A DNA stretch of 56,187 nt from Chromera velia (Eukaryota): assembly GCA_018398765.1 (NCBI GenBank), contig JAHBMJ010000123.1, positions 1 to 56,187 of the forward strand, read 5' to 3'. How positions within the stretch are numbered: position 1 is the stretch's first letter; every line of letters begins with the position of its first letter. The notes under the pieces were generated by a model. The model saw only the letters and a program-made list of their open reading frames with translations. It did not search any database and had not been told where the DNA came from. Both the position numbers and the translations under genes were made by a program. Shown in pieces: positions 26,602 to 38,979 of this stretch.

Positions 26602-28349
26602 GATGGCCGCAGGGTCAATTGGGCTTTCGGTGATGCGCTTTTAGTATTTGTATATATGTTTGGGTGTATGTACTTGATTGACCAGGTGTTTGTCTTTATC
26701 AAATTTTCTTTTCTCTTTACTCCTTCCTCATAAAAACCAGCTGATCATATTGCGAGCATTAACTTGAACCTTTGTGGTTCCCTCTTCCCTTGTCAAGTTG
26801 GTGACTGAATTGTGGTATTGATTGCTTCGATTGAGTTGCCACTTTGCCTTCGGGTGGCGTAAGCCAGTGTAGATCTTCGAAAGAGTCTGTTATTAACTCC
26901 GTTTTTTCTCTCATCACCTCTCATTCATCCTTGCCTTTACTCTCTTTTCGGATTGATTCAGAATTTAATGTATGAATGTGGTGTGCGCGTGTACCGAAAG
27001 CTTATGTCTCCATGCGCCTCCGTAGATGTGGTATGCCTTAAGGCGAATCGATCCGATTGGAATGTGTGTTCTGGGTTGTCCTCAAAGCCTTGTTAGTGGC
27101 TTGGGATCTGGCGTCGCTAGATCTAGGATTTAACCCTCAATCATCATCATCATCAGAACACATTGATTACAAGAAATACGCACAGCATTTCTCAATCTGA
27201 CACAATCGTTTAAATCGTATCGACGCACTAATCTGGATGTACGTATGAATACCACATCGATCGATGGCGCGTCACTTCGACGCGCGGGCAGAATGCCGCT
27301 GCATGACCCATCACCGCACGTCACACTCGAAAAATTAGGAATGTGATGCATTACGGTATAGCTTATAATAGTACTAGGTAATCGTAAGAAAGTCTCGAAG
27401 ATAAAAGAAAAGATGAAATAATATCAAACAGAAAAACTAGTTTGTTTTATGAAACGCCCCTGGCATTATACTAGAAAGAGAGAACCAATTTAACGTAACA
27501 TGTTTAATTTGTTTTAGTTCGTCATTATTACTAATATTGAATTCGTATTAATTCGTATGCCCCAACAGTGATAAGTGATTTAGTGGTGCCCTTGAGCACT
27601 GTCGCCGTTTTGTCTTGTAGAGGTCGCCCCTACAAATGGCAGGGGTGTGTGCCCCATCACTGAGGCTCAGACCGCACCCCGTAGCCCGCCTAGAATTTCT
27701 TTCAGGCCATTTTCAATCAACCTTTTTGTTGTACACACGCAGCTTCAGCCTTTGCATGTGACGTTCTTTACACTTTACGTTTCTTTGTTCACCAGAAAAG
27801 GCACGATCGTCGATTTATTATCACTTACATGACAAGATCAAAATTAAAAACCCCTTCATAGTTGCTTTTTTGCTGACTTGACAAAATTTTAATGGGATAA
27901 AAAAGAGAATAGATGAACATCAGGAAAGTAAGAGAAACGAAATTGAAAGATTTAGTTTCTTTTGTTTGTCTGTCTGTCTTCTATCTATCTGAGCGGGTCA
28001 ATTTTTCTTTGTTCCTTTCTTTTAAAGAAGCGATGGGCTTTGATACTCCTCTCTCTTCTGGTTAGGTCGGACTCCCTACTTTTTCGATTGCACACTCAGT
28101 GATTGACGACTCAATGATAAACAAAGATCTGCTAAAAGAAAGAGATTACAACCGTCCATGCAAGTTCTTAGGCCTTCATACTGAGCTTCCAACCGGTTCA
28201 CCTTTCTTTTCCCCTTTCCGTATTTGGGCCAAGTAGTGAAACCCTTCTCTTCTTATTGGATCTCTTCTTTTTCCTTTCTTCCACTCAAGAGGAGGCCCCC
28301 CTTGCACAGAAACAGAGAGAAAAGAACAACAACCGTCGCTCTCATCTCG

Positions 28350-28438
<89 letters not shown>

Positions 28439-28459
28439 CTTCTCTCCTTCTCTCTTTCT

Positions 28460-28513
<54 letters not shown>

Positions 28514-28608
28514 GTCTGTCTGTCTGTCTTTCTCTCTCTGTCTCTCTGTCTGTCTCTCTCTCTCTTTCTTCCTCTTGCTTCCTTCTTTTCTTCCTTCTTT
28601 CCTTTCTT

Positions 28609-28653
<45 letters not shown>

Positions 28654-28698
28654 TTCTCTCTTTTTTTCTTTTTTTCTTTCTTTCTTTCTTTCTTTCTT

Positions 28699-28735
<37 letters not shown>

Positions 28736-28740
28736 TTCTG
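28350..28740 (+). repeat. (CT)n/(CTTT)n compound microsatellite
   Basis: Pyrimidine-only simple repeats. Confidence 0.95.
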
Positions 28741-29266
28741 TCCGTCCAATGCTTCCGTTTCTTCCTTTTGAGCATGGGCTTGGTTCATTCTTAGCCTTTC
28801 ATTACTTTCAGCGCAAGGTGGAACGGAGATAAAACCCTCTCTTCTGGTTGGCTCTCTTTATTTCTATTTCTTCATACTCAAGGAATAACCAGTTGCAACA
28901 AAACATGACCTGGTACAAAGATGTGTGGAGAATCCACAAACAGACTCTTAGCAACATAACAGAGAAAGATCGGGACCAAGTATGACTTGAAAGATGAAGA
29001 TAGAATAAAGAAAGCAAATTAATCAATTGAATACAAATTGAACAAGCAAAAGCATCTTAATTCCCTCTATCTTAATTTTCCTTGTTTAGAAAAAGACATA
29101 GAAAGATCTCTCTCGCCTTGTCTCTCACCTCATCAGGAAATGTTCTTTCACTGCGAGAGATCGTGTATAAATTCATGTCGATCTCGTTCCCTTCTCCTCT
29201 TCTGTGTGCCTCTCTGATCTCTTTCTAAGACAAAGTCTCAAGAACGTGCAAAGTGCCTTTCACAAT

Positions 29267-30121
29267 CTACAGAAGGATCCCATTCCTCATCGTGGACTCC
29301 CATTCTTCTGGGATACCCTTCATCCTTTCCACCAGTCCATCTCCGTGGATGCAGTCCTCGAGGACCTGTAACTCTCCTTGTTGGAGGAAAGCAACTTTCC
29401 TTCCTTCGGTCGCAGTTCTCACACACTCTAAGAGCCTGGCTGTAATCATACCACCAAAACTCTTTTTCATATAGAGTGTAACTATCTCTTCTGCCCACTT
29501 TCTCTCTGTTTTAGATACTTTCACTTGATCGGACTCTCTCTCCGTGAATGTGGCATAGCAGCCGTGCGAAAGATGCCGAGATGTGGGGGTGGCTTTGGGA
29601 TTTAGGCTTGCAGTGGCGCTTGCCCTGTCCACAGCCTTTGAATCTGGGATTTTCTTATTGTTGCCAAAGCCTCTTTGATGTGGGCGCCATTCAGGTGCGT
29701 CTGCGGAAAGCGCTGCTTGGAATACAGGCTTGGCTTCTACGTGCTTTTGCTGGAGACGGCATGATTCTTCACTCTGCTGCTCATAAGATACGTCACGCTT
29801 CGTCTGTGCCTCCTGCACTTCTCTCCACTTCTTCTGAGAATATCTCTTTGACCGCCTCGTCTTCTTTCTTTTCTTCTCTTCAGACAATTCCTTGTTTGTC
29901 TGCAGAGAAGTTTCAGGCGACGGTTGGGACTCTTTTTCTTGAGTAGGCTGAAGCGCGCAGTATACCCGTTCAACGTTAGACTCTCCGACAAACACTGACA
30001 AACAATCCCTCAGTCTTTCCACAACTGGCAAGGAATACGTACAAGGCACTTTCAAGAAGTATTGGGTGAGCGAGATGGTCCCCAGCGCTCTGCCACTGAG
30101 TTTGGTTTGAAATTCTGTCAT
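29267..30121 (-). CDS. Unknown 284-aa ORF with basic patch and PAM2-like motif, probably TE-associated
   Basis: Complex ORF with ATG; LSADAPEWRP resembles PAM2; the frame continues past the TAG with further stops. Confidence 0.4.
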   Translation of the reverse strand: MTEFQTKLSGRALGTISLTQYFLKVPCTYSLPVVERLRDCLSVFVGESNVERVYCALQPTQEKESQPSPETSLQTNKELSEEKKRKKTRRSKRYSQKKWREVQEAQTKRDVSYEQQSEESCRLQQKHVEAKPVFQAALSADAPEWRPHQRGFGNNKKIPDSKAVDRASATASLNPKATPTSRHLSHGCYATFTERESDQVKVSKTERKWAEEIVTLYMKKSFGGMITARLLECVRTATEGRKVAFLQQGELQVLEDCIHGDGLVERMKGIPEEWESTMRNGILL

Positions 30122-30527
30122 TGACTGCTGAGTCAGAGACGGCTACGATAAGAATGGGTCATTCATCATAAAATCTCCACCGTTTTCACTTGCAGAAAGG
30201 TGCCACGAACTCTGTTGATGTTCTGCAGCTCACTTCTTGTAAGAGATGCCTCTTGAGCGATATTCGTAACAATCATCATCATCATCACCATTAACGTAAC
30301 ATGTTCAATTTGTTTTAGTTCATCATTATTATTAATATTGAATTCGTATGAATGCGTATACCCCAACGAGCCTCAACACCTGCTATGATGCATGACAGAA
30401 TTTCTCCAGGCTAAGGTTCGGGTGTTTCTTAATTTTTCAAACCTCAAATCATGAGGTAGAATAACTTAGGTAGGATAGGAATATTGTAGGGAAGCCTATA
30501 GTCTGAGGGTGGCTACAGACTTAGACC

Positions 30528-32607
30528 TAGGGGGGGGCACTCTTGGGCTTATATAGGGTTACAAGTGCAAAAATGACATAAAAATGAACCAAAAAACATT
30601 TGAACAAGCTTTTCACACAAGCTAGAGGTCCGGCATATTGAGTTACTTCGAAATCAATCACTTTTACTGTATAGCTTATGTGATTACATGAGGTTACACC
30701 TCTTATTATATATGTCCCCTTGCAAAGTTACAGGTTACAAGGTTACAGGCGGTCTTGAGGTCCGTAACCAACCAAAAAGTCAACTTTCAAAAACTCTTCA
30801 AATCACTTCAAAAACACTTTAAAATGCATGTAGACGAAGGTTACATCACTTTTGAAGAGGGTCATTTTAGGTTACAGGTACCCCCAAGAAGCCTTCCTAT
30901 AACCCTATGGTCTGTCAATCAAACTCCGGGCTTTGGCAGCCTGGCGCCTTCAGCGCCAGGGCTTTGACGATAAAAAGCTCATTCTTTCTAGTATGCAATA
31001 TCGTCAAGGCTCTGACGACAGAAGGCTAATTCTTTCTAGTATGGAATATACTTCCAGTCCATTATAGCTTAAAAATATTATAACTAATTATAACATAATT
31101 TAATCTAGTTTAACCTAGTTTTAAAATATTTCAATACTCTCTTATAGTATCTGCTATAATCAACTTAAATATTTAAAATAACAACAACAAAAAAAATATT
31201 GATTTTAATTAGTTTGAATCTGTCAGTCTTCATTTAGGAATTCTAGATCCACGGACTCTGCACGCAGCACGGCAATAGTCATCGTCATCATCATTAGACT
31301 CTGTAGCTCCCCCTCCTTTGCTACCACTATATTCGCTCATCGCCCGGGCAAACAAAGTAGCCTGTACTTTCGCCTTGCTTTTTGCTTTAGCCTTTACTTT
31401 TGCTTTCGCTTTCGCTTTTCCTTTTGCTTACGCTCTTTGTCCTCTTGCTTGACGCCTTTCATGCCGTCGAGCCTCCATCTCCACAGCTTCTTCAATCAAT
31501 TGGCTAATATCCCCAGTTGCAGATTCAGCAGACGAATCAGAAGCTGCAGCAAGAGATGCACTGGCATAAACGATTGCGTGCACCGGTGCACCAACTTTTG
31601 ACTTGAAGAGATACACAATGTCATCAACCGCGGGCTCATACTCTGTCGTCAAGGCCCATAATTCTCTGCTTTCATTAAAAACTTTAAAGGCTAGAGCCCT
31701 TCGAACCTCGCTCAACTCTCCACCTGCGTGAGCAGAAAGACGTCTTGCTTTCAGCTCTTTCTTCAAATTCTTTTCGGGGTTCAAAGTACTTCTCAATGTG
31801 CTCTGTAGATTCCACCCCCAACGTCTTCAGAAAGAACTCTGAAACTGACTCCGCAAGGGCCACATTTTCAAGGAAATCTAATACAGCGATTCGCAAATAA
31901 GCATCAAAAGGCAGGCTGGACATTTTGGGAAAAGAAAAGTACACAGACACGGTCAGATCAAATTTGCCAGCCTAAGGGTAGGTGCTGACCGTAACGGACT
32001 GACATATAGTAACAAGCCAGAAGACCGAGACGTTTTTCAGACAGCTTTTGCACTTTTGTGCATGCATACATGCATTAATACATAACCGTAAAAGCCATAT
32101 GTAGGCTTTGAGGTGGCACGCGGTCGGGCTTTGGTATGGCCACGCCTTTGGCGCGGTCGGGCTTTGGTAGACCTGCGCCTTCGGCATGGTCAGGCTTTGG
32201 CATGGCCGCGCCTTTGGCGCGGTGGGGCTTTGGTAGGCCTGCGCCTTCAGCACGGTCGGGCTTTGACAGGCCCGCGCCTTCAGCGTGGTCGGGCTTTGGT
32301 AGCCAGGCGCTTTCGGCGTCCGGGCTTTGACGGCCACTCCAGATCAACCATAGGAAGCCTTCTTGGGGGTAGTTACAGGTTACAAGGTTACAAAGGGTTT
32401 GGTTATAAAGTGAAAGGGACACATCGTTTTTCGTCAGTTTCTCATATAACCTCAATCAACAGAAGATATTTTCAATATTTTTAGACATAACCTGATGAGA
32501 TTGATCGATTGGGACCACTTTTGAAGTAAGGGTAACATTACAGGGAGGTATACCCTTATGTATAGGGGGTGTTGAAACCTGTAACCCAATATAAGTGCCA
32601 GGCCCTA
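30528..32607. mobile_element. hAT-like non-autonomous element in the LTR, with cargo ORF and 33-bp repeats
   Basis: TAGGG../..CCCTA termini, duplicated GACTTAGA, many subterminal GGTTAC/GTAACC motifs at both ends; internal broken ORF ~31950-31260. Confidence 0.8.
32103..32335 (+). repeat. 33-bp tandem repeat (~7 units) with GCGCCTTCGGCGC-like hairpin core
   Basis: Repeated GCGCCTTYGGCGCGGTCGGGCTTTGGYA; a related motif also occurs near 30930-30970. Confidence 0.88.
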
Positions 32608-35600
32608 GACTTAGACTTAGGGTAAGACCGGTTACTGCTTAAAAACTGTCAGTTCAGGAGTCAGGTATTACTAGAGCTATCAGTCAGGATGGAAGAACAG
32701 ATAAGACGTACATGCACGTATGTGGAATTAATTCTAATATTAATTCCAATATAAACACGACATTTAGGGCGCGCCTATACAACAACATAGGCATATAAAC
32801 ATAACTTAGTACTTAGCTGGAAAGAGACCTTTAGGACAATCTTACTCTTTGACTTAATTTATTTCTGCATGACTGACATAACTAGCTGGGCGATCAACTC
32901 TGACCAGAACAATTAACGTGCTATCTCCCCTTCCAAAATCTGTGTCCCCACACAGACGAGTTAATTTCATTTTTAGAGAAGACTTCTTGACAAGTTTCAT
33001 TTTCAGAGACAACGGCTGAAAAGATGAAAGAGATATGCTGAAGGAGAGAAGGATGAGAGAGGTTCAAAAAAGCATCAAACAGAGAACGGAGATAAGACAA
33101 TGGATTCACAACGCTTTCAATCAATCTTAAGCAGAACGACGAGCAGTCGCATGGAAGGCAGCAATCATGTCCTTCACATTTTTCAGGTTTGAAAGAGGCT
33201 CCCAGGTTGCCAGGACCATTGCCTCCTCTGCAGGGAACCCTTTCCACTGCACACGGTACTCTCTCCCTCTCCCTCTGCCCCGCACGGCGACCACTCTCTC
33301 GACTTCGAACTCTTCTTCAGCCCAGGCGGGCATACGGACAGACGGGGAATGAGTCTCCCCACTCGGCCGACGGTAGGGCTTACACAGCGATATGTGAATG
33401 ATAGAATGCTTCCTGCAACCAGCAGGCAAAACGACCTCCAGGTTTTTTTGAGGCAGAACGGCTTCGACCTCGAACGGACCGAACCAGACCAAATTTAGAG
33501 ACCGAATCAAGCTTCCTCACATACTCTTCCCCCTTCTCCACAGGCTGAGGCCACCACGATCGGTGCACCCAAAAATACTGCCCTACCTGAATGCTGTCAG
33601 CAGGACGACGATGGCGATTCTCATACTTGGCCATGATCCTCTGCACTGCCCTGAGCAACTCAGTTACTGCTGCGACCATCTGCCGGTGTCCATCCAGGAA
33701 GTCTTCAGCATCGAAAGACTGTTCGACTGAGGAAGGAAGGGAAAAGGAGGGAGGGGTAACTGCCCATCTGCCTAGCTGTCTGCCTGTGTTGAAAGTGCAA
33801 GGGGAAAAGAACGTCCCCTCATGTACTGAAGACTCGGAGTTGTAGGCAAACTCCATATCACAGAGAAACTCCGACCAGCGGGTCTGTTTCGTTTCAACCA
33901 GACATCGGAGGGCCTCTTCGATCGTTTGATTCATTCTCTCAGACTGCCGTGCAGTGTCATGGTGACCGGACGTAGAGAAGTCGAGTTGGGTGCCCGAAAG
34001 GACATGGAGGGTCTGCCAAAATTTCGAGACAAAACGGGGATCCCGATCGGACATAATCTGTTTCTAGTATCCTTTCTTGCACGTGACAAAGCGCCGATAG
34101 AGATGGGCAGACTGAGTCTCCTCAGCACCTATACTCCGGTGGGTGGGAACAAGAACGGCCGCTTTGATCAGCCTACATACCACCATCATGATGGTGTCAT
34201 ATCGCTCATCCCCCAAAGGCGGAAGATCAGTGAGGAAGTCAAGGCAGACTGACTCCCACGGCTATGATGGAATAAACAGGGGATGAAGCAGACCGGGGGG
34301 CAATGCGTTCGGACCTTTGCTGCGGTGGCATGGGTCATACGCCTGAATGTATATACCAACATCCCAGGGCCTCCACATCTTCGGCCATTAGTAGAGAGAC
34401 GCCATCTTCTTGTAGGTTTTGTTGATGCCCAGGTACACAGAGTGAGGGGTGCGTAGAGTGAAGAGGAGCAGTGCTCGAATGAGCGGTGGTTGAAATTCAT
34501 CAAACTCTGATGGTTGGTCCAGATTTTAGAGTCAGAGGAAAGGAAGTGTTTCCACACCTTCGCAAAATGAATGAAGGCAAGGAATTCCAACTCCCTGACT
34601 GGGTAGTTCACTTTCGTTTCCATGAGACATCGGGAGCTAAAGGCCAGAGGACGCATCCTCCCAGAAACATAGTCTCTCTGTATGGCTACTGCTCCAATGG
34701 CTTGAGCAGTCTGTGATGCGTCGGGAACGAGCGGGAACGAGGATAACTGGTTTCTTTGGGTCGGGGAGTGCGACCGTCGCATGATCGAGCACTGCCTTCT
34801 TTAGGCGGGGGAAAGCGGACGAATGCTTAGCCCCCCACTTGAACAGGACAGTAGTGTGTAAGAGGGAAAGGAGGGGTGTTGCGATGTGGAAGAAGCATGG
34901 GACAAACCTGTGAAACCAGTTCGCAAGCCCCAGGAACTGACGCAGGCCTGTGTGTTCCTTGGGCTCGGGGAAATCCTGCAACCCGTACAGCTTCTCGGGG
35001 GCGGGACGAACGCCCCCCTCATCGATCACTAGGCTCAAAAACTTTGCCCACTTCCTCATCCACGTACACTTTGTCACCTTCACGTAGTACTACAGTTCGT
35101 GCTCCCTCAGAAAGGAAAGAGCTCAGTCGATGTTCTCGATGTGTTCCTCCAGAGTGCGGCTGAAAACAAGAACACCATCAATAAACACAACAACACAAGA
35201 GTTAAGCAGAGGTCGAAGGCCATATGTGATGAGGCGTATACTGATGAACGGGGCATTACTCAAACCAAACGGCATGACTAGCCATTCAAAACTTCCGTAC
35301 CTGGTCACGAAAGCCGTCTTCTCTTCATCTCTGGGCCGGATGTGCAACTGATGAAAACATTGCCTTAGGTCGAGGGACAAGAAGACTTTCACACCATACA
35401 AGCGGTTGAGAAGGTCCTCAGGGTGAGGAATTAGAAACTTGTCCTTCACTGTCGCCTTCTGCCTTCTGTATGAATAGAACTGGGGGCCAGCCTGGGGCTG
35501 CATATGGGCTGGAGGAGGGGCAGATGTGCCCTTTCTCCAGGTAAGAGTCGAGCTGCTTCCTCAGTTTATCCAACTGGCCGAAAGACAGACAGTACAGAGC

Positions 35601-37670
35601 CCTGGCAGGCAATGTATGCCCCACTTTGAGCTTGATCTTGCATTTGATGGGTCGGTGGGGCGGGAGCCCTGGGAGTTCATCTAAGAAACGATCGTAGTAC
35701 TTTTCAAGCATGAGATGGACGCTGGGATCCACCTCTTCACTCTGCAGATGTTTTCGGAGGCCTGCAAAGGAGGGAGAGTTGATTGGATGGCTGGGAAGGA
35801 CAGAAGAGAGAGGCGGCGGGCCTCCTTGCTTCCCCCCCATCTCGATCGAATGGAGATGTGCGGTCGCCTCACACCCTCTGGAAATCCCCTCCAAACAAAA
35901 AAGGTGCAACTTCGTACTCTGCTTCTTCATCAGCCTGCGAAACTCTTTTCTACTGAAAAATTCATCCCCTCTCTCTTCTGGGTAGGCTTCACTGTCGAGC
36001 AGGTGTAGTTCTTCCCCCGACGGTGACGTGTCGGCGGGGAATATGAGGATTTTCTCCTTCTAAAAGGGTCGCGGGTTATACTTTTCACAGAACTGCATGC
36101 CCAAAATCATATTGTAGTTGTCATCTAGGTCCACCACCACGAAGTCGTGGCTGGTGTTGATTCACTATTGAACCCGTGGATCTCTATGCTGAGACCCTTT
36201 GCTTCACGATCAATCCGTGTCTGCGGCCCTCCCATAAGCCCCTCTTTACATGCTGTGGGGACCTTAAAGTCCTACAACTCCCATCCGTTCGACTCAGCAA
36301 CAGACTGAGCAATGAAAGACGAGTTAGTACCCGGATCAAACAGGCATCGGACCGGCACTCCACACAGCCGGCCGTGGAAATGAATCAGTTTTGCTGCCCT
36401 GCCTACAATTAAATGGGTGTAGAGAGAACGACGCTGCAGGTTCTGGTAATTTGGATGGAACTGGGGCCAGAGACCCAGTGGAAGATCAACCGGACACTGT
36501 GGCATCGGCTGCCAAGCGGGTGTCAAACTGAAGGCTGCATTGGGAATGGGGGAATTATGCCCAAGTCCTGAGAGAATGACGAGAGCTATCTGCTGATCGG
36601 GCCCTTCGGTCTCCATATACCTGAAGTTCCGATTTGCAGGGCGGTGGGGTACATTGCCGTTGTGGAACGGCTGCTGCTGTTACTGTGGATGTGTGAAGCC
36701 TCGATTCTGGTAGGAAACAAGGCGGTCGGTCACCCTCGGATACCTGTCGGCTCTATGGCCCTGCTGATAGCATATGAAACACCTGTTCTCTCTGATATGT
36801 CTCTGTACCTGGTCATGCATCAAGGCATATAGACGGGTTAATCGGTCGATTTTCATTGGCACTGGACCATCAGTGTTGCGTTATTGCACATGTGCCCCCA
36901 TATTGATGCATGCACCTGCGCAGCCCTTATCAAGTTGCTCTTGCAATTTCCATGGCTGTGGCGAGAACTGACTATACTGACAATTGAAACTTTTATACTA
37001 GAAAGTGACTTTTAATTTTTTATATATCACACTAAATTTTATATAAAAAACTAAGTCTTTAAAGCACTTAGAATGATTCTATTTATTGTTCTTTACCTGC
37101 ATGAAAGTATGAACAACTTTTAAAGATAAGGTTTAATGGGTTTGGGGTGTGTATGTTGGAAATTGTTGGACGTGAGTGAGGTGAAAGAGTTATAGTATGT
37201 TGATATGTCGGGGAGTGATTGCAGACTCTGCAGGCATGTGACAATGCGTAATGTAATGCACAAACAAGCTAACTTTTACTTCTAATGGAATACGCCAAAT
37301 CCGTATACTGATGTGGGGAGGGAGTACACAGGCTGTGACACAGCGGGCAACCCCCATGAAAGGTAAGAATGAATGTCCGCAAACAGATCTGCCGATTTGA
37401 CACCCACAGAAAACAGTTTAACCAAACAAATATTGAGCACTATGACCGTGCAAGAGGTAATTGCTTAGCTTCTGAAAGCCTAATCGATTCATGGCCTCTA
37501 GCTAGAGGGCCTTGCCCACGACCGGCCATCATAGCGTTCTTGTTTTTTCTGGGTGAGGCCCGGTACTCGCCACTGGGTCTTAGTCCACCCAAGAGCCCTA
37601 GTACCTCCAAATTCTCATGCAAACAAGAGCTGCGCCTCACTCCCACAACTTCAGATCACCCGAGGTTACC

Positions 37671-37904
37671 AACCTCCCTGAATCTAAGTATCATTTGAAA
37701 AAATATAATCAAGATCATCTCTATCTGCGGCATCTTTTTTCAAGAGACCATCCACGCCTGCGGCGTAGATGGTCAAGACACCGTTCAGATATGCGGTTTT
37801 GGCTTTTAAGGCACCATAAATGATCCACGCCTGCGGCGCGGACTTTCAAGCTTATCTAAAAATGCGGTATGAACTTTTAAGTAGTAGTTAGGTTCAGGGA
37901 GGTC
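37671..37904. mobile_element. Short MITE related to family A
   Basis: CCTCCCTGAATCTAA / TTAGGTTCAGGGAGG termini, TSD AGGTTACC/AGATTACC, CGCCTGCGG subterminal motifs. Confidence 0.85.
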
Positions 37905-38390
37905 AGATTACCAGCCGTAATGCTTCCTCACAAAACCCAAGCACCGACAAACGGTCCTCCGAGAAAGGCTCAGTCTGACCTGCAGCACAGATATGCAAAA
38001 AATTCATAAAGTGGCTCACCTTCTGGCTACCCAGAGCTGGCCCCCTCATCCAGAAAGCCTTTCCAGCTCCTCATCTAGAGCTTGTTAGAGCGTAATAGAA
38101 TGGGCCTCTATCCATAAAATCTCGTTGTCAAGCGTTCCATTAGATTGTATTGGAAAGCTTGAAAATAACAAAATCGTGTGCAGCTTGTTATTCCAGAACC
38201 TCATTTTTAGAGGGGTTATAGATTGTGGAGTTTTGTCCCCCTCCGGTATCTGTATTGGTTGGACAACTCTGGTTGCTTGTGGAAGTGGTTGCTTTGGTGC
38301 AAAGGAGTTGTCCGACAACTAAAAGGGTTGCCGGACTGGTTTGGATCGCTCAATCAGGTCAGTTTGTTTTGTATCGTTCTACCAGCAACA

Positions 38391-38615
38391 AAGGAGGGTG
38401 GACCCTCTCGCAGGGGTACGAAACGACCCAATTTGGTACCCCTGGTGGAGGGGGGGGTCCGACCTCCTCTGTAGGTTTGTGTCCAAAATGTGTCTAGGAG
38501 TGTTTCCTAGACACATTTTGGACGCAAACCTGTAGAGCAGGTCGGACCCCCCCCCTCCATCAGGGGTACTAAATTGGGTCGTTTTGTACCCCTGCGACAG
38601 GGTCCACCCCCCCTT
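38391..38615. repeat. Near-perfect ~225-bp palindrome (foldback MITE-like)
   Basis: ~110-bp arms around a ~5-nt loop at ~38500-38504. Confidence 0.92.
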
Positions 38616-38979
38616 CCCAATAAGGGAATTAAAAAAATCTTGTTTGCAGAGATGAGCCTTCTTGGTGCATGCAAAAGGCTTTATACGATGTCTGTGAGTG
38701 TTCTTATATGGCTGCAACCTGGCCATTATGGTTTCTGAATGACTGACTGGTCTGTCTTTGGCAAGGCACAAAACTGCCGTCTCCCTTTGCATATGTTGTT
38801 CATCCCTGCCCCCCTCCTCTGCTCTTTGCAGGTCGTGGGTCTCCTTTAGGAGATGCTTGTTTTGTGTCCCAGTGCTTCTTCAACTCCTCCAGAGCTAGGT
38901 CTTTGCATTTTTGTTAAGGCCGCAGTCTTCAGACTGCAAAAGGGAGCAGCGCCCCTACGTACCGAGCCTGTGTTTTTTT

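Larger units (their letters stand above)
30485..32911 (-). repeat. 3' LTR of element 2, split by a 2.1-kb insertion
   Basis: TGTAGGG...CCAGAACA; aligns with 40949-41285; purine tract GGAAGGGGAGA on the minus strand at ~32924-32934. Confidence 0.9.

Noticed and set aside
28176..28832. RE-rich and SL-rich ORFs
   Set aside because: Translations of (CT)n microsatellite; the same applies near 20650, 48900 and 52400.
37920..38960. Fanzor/TnpB or transposase within TIR elements
   Set aside because: No RuvC or DDE motifs recognisable in the ORF fragments.
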